Assembly: GCA_964187785.1 (NCBI GenBank)
Contig: OZ076409.1
Coordinates: 77,564,001-77,628,000, forward strand
DNA: 64,000 nt
Reading direction: 5' to 3'
From: Amphiscolops sp. MND2022
Lineage: Eukaryota
Shown here piece by piece: positions 25,579 through 35,057 of this stretch. The first letter of the stretch is position 1; every line of letters begins with the position of its first letter. A model generated the notes under the pieces. That model made no database searches. It was given only the letters and a program-made list of their open reading frames with translations, and had not been told where the DNA came from. The translations under genes and the position numbers were made by a program.

Positions 25579-28500
25579 TTAGTTTTTCTTGCTTTTCAAT
25601 GTCTTGCACCGAACATCTGTTGAACCTCCTTCTTGCTCACCACTGGAGCAACGGTTGAGGGAAACATTAACCCGACTTAGAGTAGGGTCTGGCGACGGGG
25701 TACTGTTGACACTACTATGTCGGCTAACACTAGGAGTGGTGGTGGTAGAGCTAACAGCAGGCTTCTCCAGCCTCAAAACGGCCTTACGATATCCCGCTTC
25801 CAGATTGCCGACTAGCGCGGATCTTCGGGAACTGCTCCCTTTAGAAAAATTCCAGATGGAAAACTTCTTATCAGACAGCAAATCAGTCCCTCGTCCCAAC
25901 AAACGGAAGGCACGACTAATAGCCTTTGAATCTTTAAACAGACTAGAGACATGAGGCACAGTTTGGTAGGAAATTTGCAGGCTAACAACACAAGAATTAA
26001 AAGAGCTCTTATCGGATTCAAGTGTAGGCATTGGTACATCGAATACAGGTGGCACTTCCACCGTCGGTGACAAGCACAAACAAGAATATCTAAACAGTAA
26101 CAGAAGTTCCGGCCTCGACTGAATTTCGTAATGAGTAGCTATAAAGGATACCCAATCTTCATACTCAGGAATGTTTTCTGTTCTCATCTTTGAAACGAAT
26201 GACCGGTACTGACTAATCACTCTCACCTTCTCAGTAGAAGAAAGCATCCCAGCAGCCACAAAGTGGGAAGATAGCTTCTCAATAGCTGTGGCGTAAACCT
26301 CTTCAGGACTCTCAAAGACTACAGGGGAATCAAATGCGGATAAACCCCTGAGCAAATTAGATTTGACGATCTCGTGGGTCAATAACTGCTTACAAAAGGA
26401 TTTGCAGAAGCTAATTGACTGCGCAATAAATTTACTGGGTCGGGATAACTTGCTGGTGAGAACCAAACGATGATAATCTTCATTGAGCACAAATTCATCG
26501 TTGCTTTTAAAAGGCAAACTAGTAGTATCCAATTCCAGTCCGAGATAAGTATCCCAATCTGAGACGCTACCCAGAATACGATCAGGCAGGATACTCTGCA
26601 GCTGTGAGTATGTAAACACGGCAAATTGGTTGAATAACCTGAAGCCACTGTCTATCTGTTTTTGGGTCTCTGGGAAGGCTGAATTATCTGAAACAACATG
26701 AGATATTCAAAAAACGAGTGATTAAATACAATAAAATGATCTTCATGACGAGTCAAACCCTACATCAAGAAGAAATAAGTCAGATCAGACCATGACTCAT
26801 GACTGAGCTTATAGTTCGTATTATTCATTGTTATTCTCGCATCAAACAATTGTTACTGCTGGTAACACTGAATACAAGTATTAGACGTCATCCTACGGTT
26901 CGAGGTGAAGCGTATATACGTCACTCCACAGAATTGCTGAGTACATTATACGTCATTATGCGGTTCGAGGTGTGACGACTATGCGTCACTATGCGGAATT
27001 GCATAGTGGACTATGCGTCATTATGCGGTTCGAGGTCTGACGACTATGCGTCACTATGCGAAATTGCATAGTGGACTATGCGTCATTATGCGGAATTGCA
27101 AATTGGACTATACGTCACTATGCGGAATTGCAAATTGGTCTATACGTCACTATGCGGAATCGCACGTTAAGCTGATGCGTCTCTTAACAATCAATACAGC
27201 GATGTCGTTGACGTGGAAAATAATTGAATAATGCGTTGTAGTTTACACAAGCCAGAATAAATCCAACAACAGATTAATAGGATATAACAATGAAAATACA
27301 AAATGTGGTACGATCTAGCTGTGCAAATACACTAACTACATGTTAAAAGGGAGTCTTAAAGGGAATTTATCAAGACATTTTGATCCACAACCGAAATTAT
27401 GGTTCCTAACCCGCCACTAGACAAAATAAACAGTAGTCTGTATGAAAGGAAAATGACTAACAGTGATCAATAACACATCTGATGATGAATAGTCTTGCCA
27501 AGAACGCTGAGTCCAATCGGAAACACTCATCAAGTGTGTTGGGCTAGAAAAACCTCACAGTTATAACACTATCTCTTGGATAACATGACAAACTGATGGA
27601 CCCTTGTAGTCACAATCTGATAAAATAATTAAACAATAATAACCTCTTTCATGTGGAAACGGTAGGCGGGTAACCTTCCAATCTGGGTTAGGTGTTCGGT
27701 CACTTGTTCCCAATTATTCGACAAGATCTCTATGAGTTTGGAAGCTTCATCAAGTGTGTATTCCAATGAAAGGACGCACTGAAAAGGGTGGCAAAGTTTT
27801 AACGAAGATCATGTAAAAGTTGACTATAAAAGTGGTATATACTACCTTATGCAATAGAGCCAGATTTTGAAGCCAATCCCGATCCAAGGCAGTGCGAAGC
27901 TTCATAAGTAGATAATCCAAAATGCTTCTAAAGTCATGCCTCTCAATAATCTTGACTGTGGGGCTAACCAAACTGCGCTCGAATTCAGTTGGTCCATATG
28001 TCTTCACAATTGAAGCAGTTTTGGCACCAGGCAAAGAAGTAATTAAACATTCATTGAGATTGTCGCTAAATCCTGTGAGTGCAACGCAAGTTGGTACCGT
28101 TTCAAATAAACTCAGGAATGAAGCAACGAGATTGAAGATTTTCCGTGGAAGAAGCATTCCTCTTGGGGCACCTCCGATACAGACGCGGTGTAGAACATTC
28201 TCAGACCAAAAATAGAGAATGACATATGTTGCTGTAGCTGTATGTTGAACCGCGAATGAATAATAACCAGTTGTAGAAATGGCCTTGATACAGTAATCCA
28301 TCAATTCCCGGAACATGTAGACGAGAATCCCCTGTAAAAGAAATATACAATGATACAATGTTCAATTACTTTACTTCAACGGAGACAAAAAATAGTAATT
28401 GCAAGATGAAAGGAAAACAATTGCCAAACTTAATAAGGTAAAGAACCTACACGAAATATTACTTACGAAAAGCCGTTGGGGGCTCCAGTTTTGGCTAGAA

Positions 28501-29925
28501 ATCCGGCTGCTGGAGGTCAACCTCACAAGTTCCTCATATACCCCAGTCAGTAGAGAGACACTTCCCCCATGTCTTAGGCCAAATTCCAAGATGCTGATTT
28601 GGGAGAACAGCTTCTCCGTAGGGCTCGTAGTTGCACTGAAGTCTGGAATGGACTCTTGCCCAACGAGAGGTCTCAGCGAATCGAGTTGAGGAGGAATTGG
28701 GTAGGAATCCCTCGCTTTCTTCTTGGCGTCTTGTAGCGATTTCCTTTTCGTCTTTGTCAAACAGAGGCATGCCAGGGACCTCCATTCGGATCCTATGTTC
28801 TCGAACTAAATGAGAATCAGTGCGGTAGTGTGAGATAAGTTCCAAGCTCCCGCGGCTCATGAGTGACAACTCCACACGACATACTCTACACCACCATTTG
28901 TATGGTGACTTGTCTTTATCCAGAGGCCCTGTCGCTGAAAATTTGAGTACGGGGTGTCGCTTGAACATACTTCCCGTTAGGGAATATTTAGGTCTTCGGC
29001 GCTTTCCTCGCACTGTTGGGGGAGATTGCCCTGCCTCTTGTTGAATTATTCCAGTACTAACACTCGCCACCATGTTTTCCTGACTAGAAGTAGTTATAAG
29101 TGTAGTGGGTGTAATGTCATCAACCACGGCAACGGACATCGGTTGGTCTAGATTACCTTCTTCTCCAGTGATGAAGGACTGTGGGATTTTGCCCAAAAAA
29201 TTAGCCAAGAAAAGAACCTCCTGTCTGGTGATACTGATAGTGGATGAGCTGGATCCAACAACTGGCTCGTTTCCTGCGGTATCTGGTCTGGTAATGCTCC
29301 CCCATGAATCTTGTTGACTCATTCCTCCTTCCTGGACAGGATTACTGGGAATCAAAGGATTGGGTAATGAACCATCAGTCCCAGTGACGAACTGACTAAA
29401 CCTCGGCGAAAGAATACGGGATGTTCCAGGGGCGTCTAAATCAGTAAAAAACTCTTGAGCAAAACTATGGCAATCCTCATCCATGGGTTTCGAAGTAGGA
29501 GCTATCTTAAGTTGAGTTGTATCAGGCTCTAGTAACGAACTTTCCTCATTACGGAGGGTCTCCTCACGAATTATTGGAGGGTCTTCGGTCAACGCTGGCT
29601 CACTGGAGTTTTCTTTTGTAGTTCCTTCGTCAATTTGCAAGACAGGTGTGCTGGGCGATTCTTGTGGAAGAGTTCGATTCAAAGTTCGTGGTGCGGCAAC
29701 TTGTAACGCAGTATAATTTTTGTCCGGGGAACTGATAGGAGTAGCTTGAGTTGTTCCTTGTTCAACTGAAACAAGCGTTTTAAACAAGCGTTTGAAAATG
29801 AAGTAAACTTTGCAAGTGAAACCCGTTTCAATGCTTCTAGAAACCGGACGCGGGGACCGGAAGTTAAAAAAGGAACGGAAATCACTTAGAAAACTGAAAA
29901 GGAAGCGCTTCAAAAGTTTGAACAT
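25579..29925 (-). CDS. Predicted spliced antisense gene, ~1090-aa zinc-finger / hAT-transposase-like protein (exons 29925-28467, 28331-27846, 27778-27644, 27543-27462, 26687-25579; one frameshift near 28740)
   Basis: Long minus-strand ORFs (463, 129, 202, 346 aa) join in frame through GT-AG introns 28466-28332, 27845-27779, 27643-27544 and 27461-26688. Contains WWCRVCRVELSLMSRGSLELISHYRTDSH. The two small exons and the start codon are the least certain parts. Confidence 0.7.
26945..27165. repeat. Tandem array with TATGCGTCA(C/T)TATGCGG core
   Basis: Repeated CTATGCGTCACTATGCGG-type units, lying in the predicted largest intron of the antisense gene. Confidence 0.9.
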
Positions 29926-30550
29926 GGCTTTGAAAATTATCTAAGCCTTTTCAATTTTGCAGGCCTGGCCAGTCTCGCAAAAATCACAAATTCAAAACAA
30001 ATTTATCAATCTAAAACCAAAAGAAATGAGTTGGACTAACGGGAAGAAAGTTCAGGCAGTTCTTCAGGGTTCCAAAAATCATCACGTTGTAATGGATTGT
30101 AGTCCTTTCGTGATCTGCGTTTTTCGCTCTGATCGGCTTCAGAATTCGCATCCATGATGAGGCAGTCGTACCAAAACAATTGGGAACTCCCACGAGAATT
30201 ATAAAGGCAAAATAAACCGTAATGAGGAGAATACTGTAGTAAACAATGATATAATCAATCTGGGAAGAAACCCGGGAAGAGAAAGTTACTGAAAAGCTGA
30301 CTCTGCAAAGACTAAAATACTTTACTGAAACTGAGACTTAAATGTGACTCTTACGATAAAAATGATCAAGCAGTAAGGCGTGGCGTAATATAGCAAACAA
30401 AGGCAAAAAAGCAAATGAGACAGATTTGCGCAAATGTGCAAAACAAATACTATGATCTGATTGGCTAATTAAATGTCAATCACGTCTGCCAGCGTGATTG
30501 ATTGACTCATTATACAACACCAACGCATAGATGTTATTTTGGTTGAAAGT

Positions 30551-30795
30551 ATACGGCAGTATGCGGATTGCAGATACAAAGTATACGGCAGTATGCGGAT
30601 TGTGAAAAAAGAATATGCGGCAGTATGCGGGTCGAGTGAAGACGTGTATGCGGCAGTATGCGGATTGTGAAAGAAGAATATGCGGCAGTATGCGAATCGA
30701 ATGAAGACGTGTATGCGGCAGTATGCGGACTGTGAAAGAAGAGTATGCAGCAGCATGCGGATTGTGAAAGAAGAGTATGCGGCAATATGCGGTTC
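30551..30795. repeat. ~30-bp tandem array with TATGCGGCAGTATGCGG core, about 8 units
   Basis: Seen directly; lies between the divergent antisense and sense accessory ORFs. Confidence 0.92.
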
Positions 30796-31627
30796 TCGCT
30801 GCACAACTTTAATAGGATGAATTAATGCAGTTCGTGATTAGAAACGAACAGATGAAGAAGTATTACATAATACCTTGATGAAAATTAAAACATTCTCAAA
30901 AATAAACACGTGTGTTATTGTTGATGCCTAGTATACATGATACCTAGTCCTATGCAGAATTTAGCTAATTTAGTGGATTCTGAACTAATGGGGTCTTTTA
31001 GAAGTTTAGGGACAAAAACAATCGAAGTCATTGAACATCATCTGTTAAATCACCAATCCATTCACCCTTTTAAAATGCGGGACTAGATTTATTACATGTT
31101 TTTTACTTAAAATTAGTGTTTGAGCAAAATATGTAGTTAAACTAAAGGTGGAATATGTTTCATAACTTTTTTTCATCATTTCATAAAATTGGTCATGTAG
31201 AATTAAATAAATTTCCCCCCCTAAACTTTTCAATGGAAGCCGCTATGGAAGTATTTGACTACTTTGATGTCCCGTTGAGTTTTGTTTGTATATCATTTAA
31301 TTGCCTAGAAGTTGATGTATTTTCTAGTGATAAATGATGAATCGTTTAAGTGTTAAACAAAACACCTTTTATGGAAATTGTTTACGAATCATCATAAGTG
31401 AGTCTCATGACTTGATGCCTAATAAAACCCTTATAAAGGAAAAGGAGGAATTCAAAAAGCGTGACTCTCAAATTTTCCGCGGGTTTTGTCAAAAGCAAAA
31501 GGAGGAAGATCATCAATCACCATATGGTCTTTAACAATTCAAAACTCAGTCGCCTTTTGAAATAATTGATAATTTGTTACCTGAAGAAACTCACCCATCG
31601 ATTTCAATCATAACATTTTCTGACGAA

Positions 31628-32719
31628 ATGGACAAGTTACAATTTAACTTTGAAGAAGACAGCCTTTATTCACCTCTGTCCCCCGATGTGATCGATATAT
31701 CCAGTGGTTCCGAAGATGCTTTTTCGATCGCCCCTGGTAACACCCAGCAACTAGAGGAAAAATTCAGAGTAAATCCGGCAGGAAGTAACTTGATGGCTGC
31801 ATTTGTCGGGTCATCTCTGGCGACCTTGTACCCCAACTCAACTGTGCCCCAAGGGAATCATGAAACTACAGTGGCAGGAGGCTCACAAATAGAAAAGAAC
31901 CTTATGGAACTGATGAATGACCCCCGGGATGAACCCACAGATTCCCCGGCATCATTCGTCGACAGTGAGTTTGAAGAAAGTAATCTGTTTCCCTGGATGG
32001 ACAACAGAGGCTCGACCCAGGACACAAATCACTATGGTCGGCCATGCGTTAGAGTAATGCCAGTTCTAAGGGAAAACCAGGACGAGAGTGGAGTTCTGCC
32101 GACTCCAATGTCCGAACAAACACCCAATGGAGGCCCCAATCCATCGGTTATGCAGAACACACTAACAAACGACACCATGGAATATGAACCGCATGATGTC
32201 GGAGCTCGGTTGCAAATTCCGGTCTCGAGGAACATGCAGGGGTTCAGCCTGTCCCCAATGTTGTTCCCGATGCAGATAACGGACACAGCTCAAGAAATGC
32301 ACCGAACGCCATTGATTATGCAGCAAACAGCGCAGATTAGTTTTCCCTTCAATACAGTTCACAGTTCTAATGTGTTACTAATTCCGGCCAGTGAGAGACA
32401 GGGCATCCGACTTCTGCCGACAGTTATGCCGAATGTGGCGGGGTATTGTGAACTATGCGGCAAATGTTTTGACCAAGTTGCATTGGAGACCCTCGGCCAA
32501 TACTTGGTTGCCACTGAGTTTGAAGGTGAGACTGTTAAAGAAAGAAAAATAAGGTCAAAAGCCTTTATCCACGGGTTCGAGGCAGCCTTGTTCCTTTTTA
32601 AAAAATGCGGGACTGTCGCATCCCCCAAGATGCGATGGTTCCGCAGTGCAACTCTAGAAAGGAACAAGTACTGGAACCTTTTCTATAGACTCACACAAAC
32701 TCTAATAAACTCATTGTGA
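31628..32719 (+). CDS. Accessory sense ORF of unknown function, overlapping the start of the 3' LTR
   Basis: Open frame from 31574, first ATG at 31628; acidic Ser/Pro-rich N-terminus, then YCELCGKCFD and a predicted helical segment; TATAAA at ~31432 upstream; no obvious signal peptide or transmembrane run. Confidence 0.65.
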   Translation: MDKLQFNFEEDSLYSPLSPDVIDISSGSEDAFSIAPGNTQQLEEKFRVNPAGSNLMAAFVGSSLATLYPNSTVPQGNHETTVAGGSQIEKNLMELMNDPRDEPTDSPASFVDSEFEESNLFPWMDNRGSTQDTNHYGRPCVRVMPVLRENQDESGVLPTPMSEQTPNGGPNPSVMQNTLTNDTMEYEPHDVGARLQIPVSRNMQGFSLSPMLFPMQITDTAQEMHRTPLIMQQTAQISFPFNTVHSSNVLLIPASERQGIRLLPTVMPNVAGYCELCGKCFDQVALETLGQYLVATEFEGETVKERKIRSKAFIHGFEAALFLFKKCGTVASPKMRWFRSATLERNKYWNLFYRLTQTLINSL

Positions 32720-34134
32720 ACATGTTTTTGTACGTCGTTACTTTCAAAAGGTCATGTAGATATCATTTCTATACTTTGCTTACCATGAAGAAACACCCAT
32801 TATAGTGCTAATGTACCTTGGATTCCTGATTATGAGCCCCTATTTTCATCACAAGTCTGATATTTCACCGCTTAATCATATGAACTATAAGTTTCTGATG
32901 CATCTAAATCAACTCCGTAATAATTTGTGCTTTAACATAGTACTATTATGCGGTACTATGCGGATCGAGGTGTGACGTATACTCGTCACCATACGTTTTT
33001 GGTAATGCCATTATGCGGCATTATACGTTTCAAGGCGTGATGTATATGCGGCACGAGACGTCTTTTGTAGTAACATTATGCGGCATCCTGCGGATCGAAT
33101 AGGAATGATCATACGTTATTATGCGGTTTTCGCAGGACTTATTGAACAACACTAGGACGTGCTTCTAATACTATTTAGAAACCATTTTACTTGTATCTTA
33201 ACGTTGTTTTAAGATATTTCCAGGGTTCTTTAGTTTCTTCCCATCAGATACTTCCCATGATGTCATGTAAATTGTACTATTTTTGTAACATGACCTCATT
33301 TGACGTAATTCTATTTTTATGATTTTTCCATATGATGACTATAGAAAAAATGAGTGTCATGGTTTTAAATATTTTTCGCTTTTGTAATAAACTGGAAGGA
33401 TTATTGAATATTTTGAACCGCATCTTGAGCAGTTGCTTTTTGAACGATTGTAAACTTCTCAATTCTCGACTACTGTAAACTCTACATCTCTGTTTTATTC
33501 CGTGATAATCAAACTAATTCAAATTCTTCCCCAAAAGCCAAAATACTTTTCACTTGAGACGAAATGGGGAATAGACGTAACAGGAGATCTAGAAGACTAG
33601 AAACCCCTTCCCCAGAGCGAAGTATGGAAAGGGCTCAAGATGAAACACCAAACACAGGTAATATTACTTTAACTAAAAATAATGTAGTTGTTCAAGAAAA
33701 TTTAGGTGAAAATAGATTCGGAGAACAATTAGTTGAACCAAGCCAAATCAGCAACGAGATACAAGCTTGGACCGAAATATTTGAGCAGAAGAACAATGAT
33801 AGAATAGAGAAAATGAGAGAAGAGATGGACAATAAATTAGAAGCGATTTTAAGGGAGATCAAAACTAACAAAAGCGTGTCAACAGTCACAAATCCGAGGT
33901 CAGAAACTAATGAAATGCAAGATCCTCAACCATCGGGATCCAGAACAATAAGGTCTATAGGAGTTCATGCATCCAACAATGAGAACTCAGAAACTGAAGA
34001 CGAGGATTTTCCTCTTAAGGCTTCGAAAGCAAAAGACTTAAAACAACCCGCAAAACCTATATATGAGTCAGATGTAGATGTTACAATTCATTCGGACGAA
34101 GAATCTGATGCGGAGCCAAACGAGGATTATCACA
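32614..34134 (+). repeat. 3' LTR of family A element
   Basis: Direct repeat of 17848-19368, followed by the GAAAG target duplication. Confidence 0.98.
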
Positions 34135-34157
34135 GAAAGATACTAAGAACGCTGTGA
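33564..34157 (+). pseudogene. Copy of the gag N-terminus in the 3' LTR, reading out into flanking DNA
   Basis: Matches gag residues 1-190 except two substitutions, then ends RKILRTL* in the flank. Confidence 0.85.
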
Positions 34158-35057
34158 TTGGTCAAAAATTGATTGGACTATGCGTCAAGTAGACTATAGC
34201 GCTGACTAGTTTACCTTGCGCGTACTGTAATTCATTCAACGTGCGTTTTGTCGTTGTTATAAACTTTACACAATAGCACAGCTAGTAGAGATCCTGACTC
34301 TGAATATACATTTTCATATCAAACGGTGTATAAATCCAAATACAAAATACTATAAGCTTCAAGCGACCGTAGAGTTTGTTTATAGCAATACGTTTTGTTG
34401 TAGCCGGGGTGACCTCGGGTCCGGTCCAATTAGCTCTAAACTGGTAGAGTTCCTGGAGGAGGGACTGCGGTAACGTTATTAGGGTTACCTGAAAATATTT
34501 ACCGTCGCAAGTGGCAGTTTGCGACACTCCCCTGGGAATGAGAATGAAGGACACAGCCTTCATTCCATCTCAGAAAGCGTTTCTTCTTGCCATTCGTACC
34601 CGATATGTTTCTCCCTCTATGTGGGTACTTTGTAAGTACCCGATAGTGATTTCTTCTTTAACCGTGACAAAAGATCTTCCGCACACAACGTAACTTCTGT
34701 GATGAACTTCATAGGGTTGTCCGAAAATCCCACCAGTACCGATGGCATCCCCAGTAGTATGTGAACTCTGCACCCACGGGTTAACTTCATCCTCAGTCCA
34801 TTCTGCTTCCACGTAGTCAAGAGAAAGCCCACTGGTGGTTTACCTACTAACCACTCAATCAGACTGCTAGTAGCTTCAGATGCCTCATCTAACTAATTCA
34901 GTGGAACCTCTTCTCCGAATGTCCAACCACGTGGTTCAAGTCGGCTCGAGACAGACTCTTGTTTTCTCTTCTTGCTTTTGTGCGTAAAAGTTCCTTCAGA
35001 CAATGCTGTTATCGTAACACACCTCGTCTTGCGTCTTGTTGACAACATACCCCTTTA

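Larger units (their letters stand above)
17848..34134 (+). mobile_element. Full-length 16,287-bp Ty3/gypsy LTR retrotransposon (family A) with extra ORFs
   Basis: Two 1521-bp TG...CA LTRs; 5-bp target duplication GAAAG (17843-17847, 34135-34139); PBS; gag; pol in PR-RT-RH-IN order. Confidence 0.98.

Noticed and set aside
27617..27643. Alternative acceptor TTATCAG at 27617
   Set aside because: It would give a 27-bp intron and an early stop; the 27544 acceptor keeps the frame.
30551..30795. ~30-bp repeats as a CRISPR-like array, and ORFs 30469-30806 as genes
   Set aside because: The intervening sequences are themselves repeats; the ORFs are translations of the minisatellite.
25352..32613. Antisense gene as an independently nested hAT transposon
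   Set aside because: I found no TIR pair or 8-bp duplication around it, catalytic motifs look lost, and its repeats share a motif with the LTRs. Not fully excluded without other copies.
31574..32719. env gene call for the sense ORF before the 3' LTR
   Set aside because: No signal peptide, transmembrane anchor or fusion-protein pattern visible.
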